In this document: positions 38,476 to 52,088 of the stretch, in pieces | Numbering within the stretch: position 1 is the first letter of the stretch | Layout: the number at the start of each line of letters is the position of its first letter | Source: Octopus sinensis | Taxonomy: Eukaryota | NCBI RefSeq assembly: GCF_006345805.1 | Contig: NC_042997.1 | Location: 112,902,001 to 112,966,000 of the forward strand | Reading direction: 5' to 3' | Length of the DNA stretch: 64,000 nucleotides | Position numbers and translations under genes: made by a program | Notes under the pieces: generated by a model | Databases searched by the model: none | Seen by the model: the letters and a program-made list of their open reading frames with translations, nothing else | Told to the model about the DNA's origin: nothing

Positions 38476-39900
38476 GGCTGTATTTCACATAACTGGATTA
38501 ATGTTGCTCCTGTCAAGACTCAGATGTTTCCTTTTAACACCAACATCTGCCTCTGGGTGCAAACATTCTCTTCCTGCTTTTCTCTCAGCAGCACACTATA
38601 CATCCCAACAGCTTCAAAGCTAGTTTGGATCATTAGGCTTTTGACATGCTTATTCATACTGATAGCTCTACTAGTCATTTCTGTGATGTTCTATTAATAA
38701 TGTAGTTCACATTTGTCACAGATATCTAATGTCTAGACTACTTTTAGGCTTTGGCTCATTGGCATGAGACAAAAATTGTTCCATTGTTTTTTTTTCTCTT
38801 TTTGTTTTTTTCCTTCTTTTCCTGATGAGTTCATAAATTTTGCAGAGCAGAGACAATCTTTTTCTCTTAGCTATGAAACACAGTTACATTAATAAAATAA
38901 AATTTGTATTTAGCAATCAATCCTGTATTTTTTAATTTTAATTTCTTGTTATATATTACTTCTTTTAATTAAATTATGGTATTCTTGTCAATACAAATTA
39001 TTAAATTTCTATATTATACATATATTTTCCTTTTTTTTTTTAATTTACATTTTTCTTTTTTTTCTGCTTATTTTCTTAGTTTCTTCTCACATAAAATAAT
39101 ATAAATTAGCTTATTTGTATCTTTCATAAATTTGTTAAAATAATAACCCTGAAACCAAGAATTAAGTGTTCAACTGATATAATAATGATGATGATGATAA
39201 TAACAATAACAGCCTAGATTTCTCTGCACACTTAATTTCCCCCGTAGTAGTTAATCCTTTAATGTAAATTCTCTGAAGCCTTCATTACAATTTTTAGCTT
39301 TGTCTCAACATTTCTTCTTCTTCAATCTATTCGATGTTTAGGTATTTAAATGTGTTATGATTTTTTACTTTTTTCTTTTCAAGTTTTCCATTACATTTTG
39401 AATATTTTTTTTTCTTTTGGAAAAAATGTAAAACTTCTTATGCACTATTTTTTTTTTTTCAATATTGTCATGTTTTGATTGACCAAAAAACAATTAGGAA
39501 AAAAAAACTATTTAAAAAAAAAGGCTTGATTGAAATTTTAAAAAATACAATGGTATAAGTTCTTAAAATTAATTTAAAAAAATAATAATAAAAGCAATCT
39601 AATGATCATTGGCTAGTTCTGTGTTTTTTTTTCTTTTTTTTGATTATCGAAGTGCCATCATTGCTCTCAATAATAATAATAATACTAATAATAATAAACT
39701 GTCTGTATCCACATCAATCAGATAATGTATGATAATGTCAAGTCTTCAGTTTGAACAATAAATGTAAAGCACTTCTCTGTGTGTCTGTTGGTCTACTGCT
39801 CTATCTATCTATCTATCTATCTATCTCTCGTTCTGTGTGTTTTATTGCCCATTTCATGCTTAGATACTAATGCTAACTTCTGGTTTCTCTTCCATAATAA
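38476..39900 (+). other. Probable GDI 3' UTR (U/A-rich, nearly free of the interspersed repeats seen in the introns) with candidate AATAAA signals near 38891, 39695, 39757 and 39895
   Basis: Position after the stop codon, composition and AATAAA hexamers; the true end is unknown. Confidence 0.5.
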
Positions 39901-40069
39901 ATGATTAAAGATTATTTATCTTTCGATATTTTATTCAATAACTTTTTTCTTTTCCTTTTTTTTTTTTTAATTTCCTTTACAAGTTTTAAGTCTTAACCCT
40001 GTTTTTTTTTGTTTTTGATTTTTTTATCACATTTAGACAATAAATGTGAATCACTTTTAGTATGCCATC

Positions 40070-40250
40070 ATATATACATATGTAAACATACATATGGGTA
40101 TGTATGCATCTATATATGTATGTATGAGTGTGTGTGTGTATGTATGTATATGTATATATATATATATGTGTATATATATATATATATGTGTATATATATA
40201 TATATATATATGTGTATATGTATATATATATATATATATGTATATGTACA
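40070..40250. repeat. (TA/TG)n compound microsatellite
   Basis: Direct reading. Confidence 0.9.
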
Positions 40251-40576
40251 GATAGATCTTGGCATTGAAAACAAATTGTTTGAAAGGTGACAAATGAGCT
40301 CCACTAGATTGACTTGTGATTTTGTTTATCCTCTTTTAAGAAATTTCACCTCATTCCACCTGAGATGTTTAAAAAATAATTAAAAAAACAGAACCAGTTT
40401 ATTATAAACGTAGCCTGGTTACCTTACATATTTGTGTACATTTAATTGTATGTATGCATGAATATAATTATGTGAAAATGCTAATCTTCTCAACATGGGC
40501 AAATAAAATTCATGTGGATATAATTGTTTTGTTTTTTATTAAAGCGTTTACTTAACCATTTGATGGTCTCCACTTC

Positions 40577-40611
<35 letters not shown>

Positions 40612-43600
40612 CTCCCCCCTATATGATAGGTTTTTGCCTATTTCTTTATTTTTCAAGTAGAGAGCCTTCCTACTATGAACCAATAATGAAATTTGCTTGC
40701 TATTATTAGCAAGCAGTTACTAAAATTACTAATTATATTCTTAGTTCATTTATTTCATCACCATCATCCATCTTTCATCTTGGCATGAGTTGAGAGGAGC
40801 TGGCAAGGCTGGAGAGCTACACCATGCTCCAATTGTTTGTTTCGGCATGGTTCCTATGGCTTGATACTCTTCCAAACACTAACCAATTTACAGTGTAGTG
40901 GGTGCTTTTTATGTGGCACCAGCACCAGTGGGGAGTCCAAGTAACTTGCATGACAAAGACCCTTCAGCTGAGAGAGGGAGATGGTTTTGTACCACTGGAG
41001 AGGTTAAAGTATAAGGGATAGAAATAGGTGTCTTGCTATAGAGGAGATACTTGGCAAACCCAGTAAAAAAAAGAGATAGAGAGGATGTTAAGTACTTACT
41101 TTTTAGGATAAAGGCATTCAGCCATAGAAACCATGCCAAATTAGACTGGAGTCTGGTGCAGCCCCTCATCTTACCAGTCCAGGTAAAACCATCCAACATA
41201 TCTCGGCATGGACAATGGATGCTGAACGAAGTGTGTTCCAGTGCAAAAATAAGGTTCCCTCAATTGTACCATTTTTCACTGGGTTATAATTAACAGGTAT
41301 TTTTAGAAATACCCCTTTTCACTAGTTATGAACAAATGTTTCCAATACAAAAATAAGGCTTTCTTAATCATACCCCCTTTTCACTAGGGTCTAAGAAACC
41401 CTAGATTCTAATTCCTTTTGCTCACCTAGCTGTAAAGTTCATAAGACTTAAGCTATGATTTTGTTTCTTAAATGCAAGTCTTTGCCATCAATGCATCTTG
41501 AAGCAAATTCACCTGTAAATAATACTTTATAATACATTAGTTTAAATAAGGCAGCAAGCTGACAGAAACGTTAGCACACCGGGCAAAATGCTTAGCGGTA
41601 TTTTGTCTGCCGTTATGTTCTGAGTTCAAATTCTGCCGAGGTCGACTCTACCTTTCATCCTTTCCGGGGTCAATAAATTAAGTACCAGTTACATACAGGG
41701 GTCGATCTAATTGATTGCCCCTCCAAATTTCAGGCCGTGTGCCTAGAGTAGAAAAGAATTATGTTTGGATAGCAAGATAGCCGAGAGCTGCCCATGGTGT
41801 TTAAACTCCACATCTGTAAATTGGACATGCTACTAGTTTTTCCTGAAATTAAATGATTTAATCTTCATCCTACTAATGAGAAAATCTCTTTACATTTACC
41901 ACACAAATGTAGAAACATTGAGAAATATGTAATTAAGTCTTCTGTTATCATATTTATTTTGAGATGCTATGCGTTTCTTTCAATTAATTTTAAATATAAA
42001 GAATTTAGTAAAATAACTTAGTTATCATTAAGCTAGTGTTAGGAACATAAATTGTGACTAAGGTTTGGTGGACGATTTTAATTCAAAACTTATGGAAACA
42101 AGACATTTGTACTACAGAGACAGTTTCAGCCGGGTTGGTAACGAAAGGGTTAATGATGTATCTTGATGCAAGTTCAGCTATAAATAATGAGTTGCATCAC
42201 ATTGGATGTAAAAAAAAGGATCCTTTGGCTAGAAGGGCAAAAAGCTTCCTACAGGACTTCTATAACTCCTTCAGATGTGCAACAAATTACACTAAAGTAA
42301 TTTTTTCTGGTACCAGCCCATCTGACACTGCCCTTGGTCCTATGATAAAAACTAGTTGCTTTAAAATAGTCTAAATTAAAACCTTTCATTATAATGTTTC
42401 AGACATTGAAACCAAGGCTGTGTATTTCAACAGACATGGTTAGAAAAGAGTTAAGGGGAGATAATTTGGATGCAAGGAGAGTAATCTGTAGCATGTCCAT
42501 CTGGGTTACAAATGATAAACGGTTCAAATTCTTGTCGGCAGCTTTCTGCTGTTTTTATTTTTTATTTGTTTTTTTTTTATTACCATTAAAGGTTTCCTTC
42601 CAAAGCATTAAAAGCTGTCATGTATAACTGAATTAGCATCGAAATATATGATTATCTTTCGTTTTTGGATGCACATCCATACATATAAACATGGTACATA
42701 GTTGCATAACACACACACAAGGAGACAGAGGTGCATACATATACAAACATGCTAACATGGACATGCAAGCACATTAATATGTAGGATATGTACATACAAA
42801 TGCATGCATGTATAGGCGCACAAACAAACAAAAGGGAACGCAGTGTAAATAACGGACAGTCAAAACTATTGAAAAGGTTGCAAGATGCAACGAAAATTTT
42901 AGGAAAATAAAAATAAGAAAACAAGTGGAAATTTTACCGGTGAGTTATATTTTAAGGCCCAAAAAGAAAATGACTCTTCCCAGACACAACAGAATATGAT
43001 TATCATTTTACCATTCTTTTCCATGCTTGCATGTGAGTAACTTTTTAGTTGACGGAAACTTGAGAGAAGCCTGTAGATCTGCCTTTTCATCTGACCACTG
43101 AACCCTTGTTTTTTCTTCTCTCACAACCACATTTTCTTATTCATTCTCCTGAAGAAGGACAGCCATCCAAAACATGAAAATTCTTTTCCTTCTTTTTAAA
43201 GATTAACCCTTTAGTGTTCAGACCAACTGAAAATAATTCCCCTTTATTTGTTTGAACCGGCCGTGTTTGATTCGTCTATGAAATTGCTTAAAAAATAAAT
43301 CCCATTATTGAACTCTCGTAGCTTTGAGATAAAGCTTTTCCTGCCTTTATTCAAGTAAAGATACCATGGAATTTTTTAGCTTTCTTGGGTTTTTTTTCAA
43401 CATTTCAAGAGAAGTGTCCATTCTTAGCTTTTAATGATTTGGCATCAGCAAGCAGCGATTCCAACTTTGAGGGTTTTACTCTTGATGATGTACAAAATAT
43501 AAGTAAAAAAACAACAGCAATTTGTGTGACAAGGCTGGCCCCTTTGAAAAACAGGTACAACAGAAACAGGAAGAAAGTTGTGGTGAAGGAGTACAGCAGG

Positions 43601-44370
43601 GTTCGCCCCCCCCCCCCTGCCAGAGCCTTGAGGAGCTTGAGGGGTTTTCACTCAATAAACATTCACAACATCCAGTCAGGGAATCCGAAACCACTAGGCC
43701 ATTGCACCTCCACACCTTCCTTATATATATATATATACACACAAATGTATGCTATTTCTAGCATGGAAAATGGACATTAAATGGTGAGGCTATATATATA
43801 TATATATCATTCAATGTGTTGTCCATGCTGGCATGGGTTGGACAGTTTGACCAGAGATGAAGGACTGCATCAGACTCCAGTCTGATTTGGCCTGGTTTCT
43901 ACAGTTAGATGCCCTTCCTAATGTCAACCACTTTACAGAGTGTCTGCTGGGTGCTTCTTATGTGGTACCACAACAAGTGCTTCACACCATACATGTATGT
44001 GAACGTGACCGTAGCCAGTACCGCAACGACTGGCCTCCGTGCTGAGGGCACGTAACAAACACCATCCGAGCATGGCCGTTCGCCAGCCTCGTCTGGCACC
44101 TGTGTCGGTGACACATAAGAAAACACCATCCGAGCGTGGCCGTCTGCCAGCCTCGTCTGGCACTTGTGTCGGTGGCACATAAAATCCCCCACTACACTCT
44201 CGGAGTGGTTGGCGTTAGGAAGGCATCCAGCTGTAGAAACACTGCCAGATCTGACTGGCCTGGTGCAGCCTTCGGGCTTGCCAGACCCCAGTTGAACTGT
44301 CCAACCCATGCTAGCATGGAAAGCGGACGTTAAACGATGATGATGATGATGATGATGATGATATATATAT

Positions 44371-44757
44371 ATGGCTGTGTGGCAAGAAGCTTGCTTCCCA
44401 AGCACATGGTTTCAGGTTCAGTCCCACTGTGTGGCACCTTGGGCAAGTGTCTTCTATAGCCTCAGGCCGACCAAAGTCTTGTGAATGGATTTGGTAGACG
44501 GAAACTGAAAGAAACCCGTCATGTATATATATATGTGTGTGTGTGTGTATTTGCGGGTGTTTTTCCCCCGCCCCCTGTCATCACCTGACAACCAATGTTG
44601 GTGAGTTTACATCCCCATAACTTAGCTGTTTGGCAAAAGAATCCAGTAGACTACATACTAGGCTTGCAAAGAATAAGTCCTGGTGTCGCTTTGTTCAACT
44701 AAAGGCTGTGCTCCAGCATGGCTGCAGTCACATGACTGAAACAAAAGAATAAAAGAA
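44371..44757 (+). mobile_element. tRNA-derived SINE family C with CORE-like CCTTGGGCAAGTGTCTT motif (copies ~14530-14700, 34870-35150, 46548-46700, 54320-54542, 57120-57460; - strand ~7690-7790, 13830-13990, 22500-22670)
   Basis: TGGCTGTGTGG A box, GGTTCAGTCCC B box, internal (TG/TA)n, tail GCTCCAGCATGG..CAGTC..ATGACTGAAAC. Confidence 0.8.
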
Positions 44758-46894
44758 TATGTATGCATATAATACATATATGGAGACGCGTCTGTTGCTG
44801 TCTCCTTGTCCTGACTCTGCAAATGGATGTCACCATCATACAAGGAGTTGGCCTACGTTTGCATTCTTCCATGGAAACATGTGTCTGGCCATGGAGGAAA
44901 TATCCTCTTGCTAGAGAACAAGTGAAGCTTGTTGACAAGGACAAGCATTTAGCTATAGAAAATCACCTTCAATGAATTCTGTCCAACCCATGCAAGCATG
45001 AAAAAGTGGATGTTAAAATGGTGATGTTGATGTTTATGATGAATCCAATAATAATTAAAAAAATTTTTTTTTAATTCAAGGCGGCGAGCTGGCAGAAACG
45101 TTAGCACGCTGGGCAAAATGCTTAGCGGTATTTCATCTGCCGCTATGTTCTGAGTTCAAATTCTGCCGAGGTCGACTTTGCCTTTCATCCTTTAGGGGTC
45201 AATTAGAAAAGTACCAGTTACGCACTGGGGTCGATATAATCGACTTCATCCGTTTGTTTGTCCTCTCTGTGTTTAGCCCCTTGTAGGTAGTAAAGAAATA
45301 GGTATTTCGTCTGCTGCTACATTCTGAGTTCAAATCCCGTCGAGGTCGACTTTGCCTTTTATCCTTTCAGGGTCAATAAATTAAGTACCAGTTGCATACT
45401 GGAGTCATCTAATTGACTGGCCCCCTCCCCAAAATTTTCGTGCCTAGTGTAGAAACAAATATTTTTTTAATTTTGAAAACAATTCTGTCATCTATCAGAT
45501 TTTTAAAATTTTTTAATTTTCAAATAATTCTGTCATCCATCAGACTCCCCTCTACTCTCCCTCACATTCCACATACCAACCATGCCCATCCAAACATCAC
45601 TTGCTATTTCTAAACATCTCCCCTTACACTCTTATGGAACACCCCACTCTGTCCCTCCTGTACTACTCATATTACCCCTCATTGTTCCCTGAGGCCAGGC
45701 CCTCTCTCCCATCTACTTCTGTTTCCTTGTCCTACTGAAGTAGCCAAGGTATTTTCTCAATAATAAGAGGGCTACTTCTGTCCCTCTCTCATGCTCTAAT
45801 CTCTTGGTTCCTCTCCTTGTCTTGTGAGCTCACAGGTGCTGGTCCCACATAAGAAGCACTCACTACATGGTGAAGTAGTTGGCATTAAGAAAGGCATCCA
45901 TCCATAAAAACCTGGCCAAAACAGACATTTAGAGCCTGGTGTGACTCCTGGCCCTACCAGCTTCTTATTTCTTTATTGCCCACAAGGGGCTAAACATAGA
46001 GGGGACAAACAAAGACAGACAAAGGGATTAAGTTGATTACATCAGCCCCAGTGCGTAACTGGTACTTAATTTATAGACCCCAAGAGGATGAAAGGCAAAG
46101 TCGACTTCGGCGGAATTTGAACTCAGAACATAAAGACAGATAAAATACCTATTTCTTTACTACCCACAAGGGGCTAAACACAGAGAGGACAAACAAGGAC
46201 AGACAAAAGGATTAAGTCGATTATATCGACCCCAGTGTGTAACTGGTACTTATTTAATCGCCCCCGAAAGGATGAAAGGCAAAGTCGACCTCAGCAGAAT
46301 TTGTACTCAGTACGTAGCGGCAGATGAAATACCGCTAAGCATTTCGCCCGGCGCGCTTATGTTTCTGCCAGCTCGCCTTGGACAGTTTGGCCTTACCAGC
46401 TTCCGTCAAACTGTCCAACCCATGCTAGCATGGAAGATGGATGTTAAACGATGATGGTGAATTTTTTTTCTTCCTATCATAGATTTGATATTGTAAAGAC
46501 CAAAAAGCATTCCATTTTCAATAACTACGGGGAGGCAGAGCAGCTATGGCCGTGTGGCTAAGAAGAAGCTTGCTTGGCAACCGCGTGGTTTCAGATTGTG
46601 CAACTGTGCCACACCATGGGAAAATGTCTTCTACCATAGTCCTGAGCCAACCAATGCTTTCCATGTGGATTTGATAGGTGGAAACTGTGCGGAAGCCCAT
46701 TATGTATCTATCTATATATCTGTGTATATATCATCATCATCATCATCATTATCGTTTAACGTTCACTTTCCATGCTGGCAGGGGTTGGACGGTTTGATTG
46801 GAGGCTGATGAGCCAGAAGGCTGCACCAGGCTCCAATCTGATCTGATCTGGCAGAGTTCCTACAGCTGGATGTATATATATGTGTGTATATATC

Positions 46895-49800
46895 GGGGTT
46901 GGGGGCGTGGGTATACTTCTTGCGGAGAAATAAGTAGATAAGGTAATCGAGGTAGTCAGTAAGTGACAGAGTACTTAAAATTAGATTAGTGCTTCACCAT
47001 AGGTCAGCTACCATCATATCGGCATATGCCCCTCAACCAGGACTACCGGAAGGACAGAAAGACCAATTCTACGACACCCTATTGCGGACTACCTCGTTGA
47101 CAAATGACAGTGACCTTCTCTTCGTGGCAGGTGATTTCAATGGACATGTTGGACGGCATGTCGGGGGCTTCCATGGCGTTCATGGAGGCTACGGTTTTGG
47201 CTCTCGTAATGAGGAGGGAACCAGGCTGCTGGAGTTCTGCGATGCAAATGACCTTATGGTCTGCACTACCAACTTCAGGAAACCCACCTCTCACCTAGTC
47301 ACCTACCGTTCTGGCAGACACACTAGCCAGATTGACTACATCCTTGCCAGAAAAAGGGAAAGAGGGCTGCTTATAAATGCCAAAACCTTTCCAGGCGAAG
47401 AATGTACTCCTCAACATAGATTAGTAGTTAGCGACTTCAGGATCAGAGCTAACTGGTTGCCCAGAAGAAGACCAGCTTGGAGGAGAAGGGTCTGGAAGCT
47501 TAAAGATCCTGCAAATGGACAGAGATTTAGAGACATACTACTCAAAGCCTTTGACGAAATAGAAGGGGATATAGCTTCACTTAATGTGGAAGACAACTGG
47601 AGATTTCTACGGGACAATCTGCTGACAGCCACTGACCAGATCTGTGGATGGAGCAAAGTACCATCTCGACCCAGAGTAATGTGGTGGTGGAACACTGTGG
47701 TTGACAGGGCTATTAGACAAAAGAGACAGGCTTGGAAGGACTGGAAGAATGGTGGTAGCAGGGAATTGTATCAGACAGCCAGAAGGGAAGCTAGGAGACA
47801 GCCAGAGGGGAAGCGGATAAGAAAAAATTTGCCAATGTTCTGAGCCGTGAGGATGAAAGACTTGAGGTATTTCGTGTTGCAAGACAGTGTGTGAGAGAGA
47901 ATTGTGATGTGGTAGGAGAGAAATGTGTCCGCATGGATGATGGTTCACTTGCGCTAAATGAGGATGCAAAGAGAGAGGTTTGGAGATGCCACTATGAAAG
48001 GTTGCTGAATAAAGAAAATGAATGGGATAAAGAGAGTCTGCCGAATGTCAACCCAACAGAGGGACCAGCCATCCGAGTTGACAATTCTTTGGTAGTTGAA
48101 GCAATTAGAAGCATGAAGACAGGGAAAGCCCTAGGCCCATCAGGAATTACTGCAGAGATGCTCAAAATATCTGGCAGTGTCGGCTATAACCTAGTCACCC
48201 GTATAGTCAACCAGGTGATACACGAAGGAGTCATACCCAATGACTGCTGTAGCAGCATACTAGTCAACTGCTACAAAGGTAAAGGTGACGCCCTAGATAC
48301 AAATAATTACAGAGGTATCAAGCTGTTGGATCAGGTAATGAAGGTTATGGAGAGGGTCATAGCCCAACTAATTAGAGAGAGAGTTAGTTTAGATGAGATG
48401 CAGTTTGGGTTTGTGCCTGGGAAAAGTACCACTGATGCTATATTCCTGGTAAGGCAGCTGCAGGAGAAATACCTAGCCAAAGATAAGCCCCTGTACCTGG
48501 CTTTCGTTGACATGGAGAAAGCCTTTGACAGGGTCCCCCGATCCCTTATCTGGTGGTCAATGAGGAAACTAGGTATAGATGAAAGGCTGGTGAGGGCTGT
48601 GCAAGCCATGTACAGAGATGCCGTAAGTAAGGTTAGGGTTGGCAACATGTACACAGAAGAATTCAAAGTAGAGGTTGGGGTCCACCAGGGTTCAGTACTC
48701 AGCCCCCTCCTATTTATCATAGTCCTCCAGGCAATTACGGAGGAATTCAAGACAGGTTGCCCCTGGGAGCTCCTCTATGCTGACGACCTTGCTCTAATTG
48801 CTGAGTCACTATCAGAACTGGAGGAGAAGTTCCAGGTGTGGAAGGAGGGTTTAGAATCGAGAGGCCTTAGAGTCAACCTAGCTAAAACCAAAGTACTAAT
48901 AAGTAGGAAGGTAGACAATCCACAAATATCTTCAGGAAGATGGCCCTGCTCGATCTGTAGAAAAGGTGTAGGTAGAAACTCTACAAGATGTACCCAGTGT
49001 AAGCTATGGACACATAAGAGGTGCAGCAATGTCAAAGGTAGGCTAACTGGGAAGATAGTTTTTGCATGTGGCAGATGCTCGGGTGCATTAACCTCTGAAA
49101 ATCTGCAGAAAACAACTTCCATCACTTTCCAGGGAAAAAAACTAGAAATAGTTGATAGCTTCCGGTATCTAGGTGACCAAGTCAGTAGTGGGGGTGGGTG
49201 CGTTGAAAGTGTAACTGCTAGAATAAGAATAGCCTGGGCAAAGTTTAGGGAGCTCTTACCTCTGCTGGTGACTAAAGGCCTCTCGCTCAGAGTAAAAGGC
49301 AGACTGTATGATGCATGTGTACGAACAGCCATGCTACATGGCAGTGAAACATGGGCCGTGACTGCTGAGGACATTCGTAAGCTCGCGAGGAATGAAGCCA
49401 GTATGCTCCGATGGATGTGTAATGTCAGTGTACATACTCGACAGAGCGTTAGTACCTTGAGAGAAATGTTGTACCTAAGAAGCATCAGTTGTGGTGTGCA
49501 AGAAAGACGATTGCGCTGGTATGGTCATGTGGCGAGAATGGATGAAGATATGTAAAAAGACATAAAGACCTGTTGAGGCAAGCGAAGTCGATATCGAACC
49601 TCATCCGATGACAGGCACCCATGCCAACCCCCTTTGCTTGCGAAGACATGTTGGTGCAAGTGAAATCGAAATCGGAATCGAAATTGAACCAATCCTATGA
49701 CTGGCACCCGGCAGATGCCAGGACTCCTGGACTGGTGGTACGTAAAAAGCACTATCCGAATCGTGGCCGATGCCAGCGCCGCCTCGACTGGCTTCCGTGC

Positions 49801-50045
49801 CAGTGGCACGTAAAATGCACCAATCCGACCGTGGCCGTTGCCAGCCTCGCCTGGCACCTGTGCGGGTGGCATGTAAAAAGCACCCACTACACTCACGGAG
49901 TGGTTGGTGTTAGGAAGGGCATCCAGCTGTAGAAACATTGCCAGATAAGACTGGAGCCTGGTGCAGCCTTCTGGCTTCCCAAATCCCCAGTCAAACCGTC
50001 CAACCCATGCTAGCATGGAGAACGGACGTTAAACGATGATGATGA
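46895..50045 (+). mobile_element. RTE-clade non-LTR retrotransposon, 5'-truncated inside the AP endonuclease; APE (to ~47801) and RT (~47803-49550), 3' UTR and (GAT)n tail; disrupted
   Basis: APE motifs IISAYAPQ, VAGDFNGHVG, SQIDYIL, QHRLVV; RT motifs [37 protein letters not shown]. Stop/frameshift near 46930-46970, frameshift at ~47801, deletion of the ORF end at ~49550; tail GGACGTTAAACGATGATGATGAT. Confidence 0.93.
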
Positions 50046-50055
50046 TATATATATA

Positions 50056-50088
<33 letters not shown>

Positions 50089-50091
50089 CTA

Positions 50092-50978
50092 TCATCATCG
50101 TTTAACGTCCGCTTTCCATGCTAGCATGGGTTGGACGGTTCAACTGGGGTCTGGGGAGCCCTAAGGCTGCACCAGGCCAGTCAGATCTGGCAGTGTTTCT
50201 ACAGCTGGATGCCCTTCCTAACGCCAACCACTCCGAGTGTAGTGGGTGATTTTGTGCCACCGACACAGGTGCCAGACGAGGCTGGCGAACAGCCACGCTC
50301 GGATGGTGTTTTTTATGTGCCACCGACACAGGTGCCAGACGAGGCTGGCAGACGGCCATGCTCGGATGGTGTTTTTTATGTGCCACCGACACAGGTGCCA
50401 GACGAGGCTGGCAGACGGCCACGCTCGGATGGTGTTTTTTATGTGCCACCGATACAGGTGCCAGACGAGGCTGGCGAACAGCCACGATTGGATGGTGTTT
50501 GTTACGTGCCCACACCACGGAGGCCAGTCGATGTGGTACTGGCTACGGCCACGTTCGGATGGTTTTCTTATGTGCCACAAACATACAAATTCCATTGATG
50601 TTCATCTATTTTGATTTGGTTTGATTTGATTTTCACTTGCCTCAACAGGTCTTCACAAGTGTCACAAGAAGGAAGGTATGCACAGGTGGACTGACTACGT
50701 CCCAGGTAGGGGCCACGGGTTATGGCTTCACTAGTCTTGCCGGGTCTTCTCACGCACAGCATACTTCCATAGGTCTCGGTCTCTAGTCATTTCCATGGTG
50801 AGACCTAAAGTTCGAAGGTCGTGCTTCACCACCTCGTCCCAGGTTTTCCTGGGTCTACCTCTTCCACGGGTTACCTCAACTGCTAGGGATTGGCACTTTC
50901 TCACACACCTATCTTCATCCATTCTCGCCACATGACCATACCAGCGCAATCGTCTCTCTTGCACACCACAACTGATGC
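50092..50978 (-). mobile_element. Second, independent 5'-truncated copy of the same RTE (ORF C-terminus, 3' UTR, tail), tail-to-tail with the long copy
   Basis: Translates ISCGVQERRLRWYGHVARMDEDRCVRKC...[22 protein letters not shown]; first ~68 nt match 49482-49550 with one mismatch. Confidence 0.88.
50254..50505. repeat. Four 63-bp tandem units inside the RTE 3' UTR (a more diverged array of similar ~60-bp units is at ~32300-32690)
   Basis: GTGCCACC starts at 50254, 50317, 50380, 50443, 50506. Confidence 0.85.
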
Positions 50979-51088
50979 ATATATATATATATATATATAT
51001 ATGTAGGTCCCGGGTTGATTCGGGGTTAACCACAGTAAATAAGGTACTCAATACATAGCAGAGTAAAATTAATTTATTATATAGAAGG

Positions 51089-51139
51089 AGCTTCTACAGG
51101 ACTAGAACTGTTTCATTCAAGAGAAATCTTCAGGAAGCT
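51089..51139 (-). ncRNA. Type I hammerhead ribozyme, identical copy in the left arm
   Basis: Exact reverse complement of 55996..56046. Confidence 0.8.
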
Positions 51140-51741
51140 AGTTAACAAGAATTGTATTGGCATTTATACATTTAGGCAGGTTTAAAGGGGTGTTGGTGGG
51201 GGACTTTTTGGGGGTAGGCATAGCGCAAAATATCATACTTGGGGGAGTGGTCAAGGAGTCAGTGTTAAATTAGATAGAAGAATAAATAAAAAAATAAAAA
51301 AATAAAAAAATAAAAAAATCTATATATAAAAAAAAGGGGAATAGAGTTTTAGGTAAATAAGGAGATTCTCACTTATACCTATGCACACATGTATACATAC
51401 ATACACACACATACAAACATATATACATATACATACACACATACATACACACACATATATATACATATATATACACTTACACATACATATACATATCTAC
51501 ACATACACATATATGTATACATACACACACTCACATGCATACACGTATACACACATGTATATATACACACACGACCACACATACATATACGCACAGAAAA
51601 ATATATATACACATACACACACATACTCACATACACGCATACACACACATATCCACACACACACATGCACACACAGCACACTAGTCCCTATATACACATA
51701 TATACACATACACACACATATACACACACATACATACATAT

Positions 51742-51774
<33 letters not shown>

Positions 51775-52088
51775 CATATGTGTACCTATGCATACCTACA
51801 CATACACACATATATATACACATACAAATACAGACCCATTCCCTAATTTTAATTTTATTATCTTCGTTTATTACTTTTGTTATCTTTGGCCGCTTGGTCA
51901 CAAACATCTTGGCTATGACAGCCAGTCCATTTATCTGTCTACTGGAAAACAAGCACTCATTCACTCACGCACACTCTTTAGCACGTACACTCACTCATTC
52001 GTACACTCATACACATACACGCACGCACGCGTTATATTCATACATACATACATCTACATACATTCACGTATATACACATACGTACGCC

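Noticed and set aside
43149-43180. Hammerhead-like CTGAAGA-AGGAC-AGCC-ATCC-AAAAC
   Set aside because: GAAA is mutated to AAAA, and stem III and the cleavage site cannot be formed; at most a dead relic
46989-49555. Active autonomous LINE, or programmed frameshift between the APE and RT ORFs
   Set aside because: The element is 5'-truncated with an upstream stop, and the break at ~47801 looks like a short deletion. The ORF end is also deleted.
50254-50505. CRISPR-like appearance of regular repeats (also 5221-6300)
   Set aside because: Units are contiguous with no unique spacers, there are no cas genes, and the context is eukaryotic
49482-50978. Single LINE with an inverted 3' end
   Set aside because: Each strand has its own complete 3' UTR and (GAT)n tail, so two independent insertions are simpler
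51381-52088. N-terminal 236 codons of the 389-aa ORF (His/Thr/Tyr/Ile-rich) as a real fusion partner of the GIY-YIG domain
   Set aside because: It is (CA/TA)n from the inverted arm, which is naturally poor in stop codons; the mirror copy in the right arm is frameshifted into several ORFs. It cannot be fully excluded without expression data.
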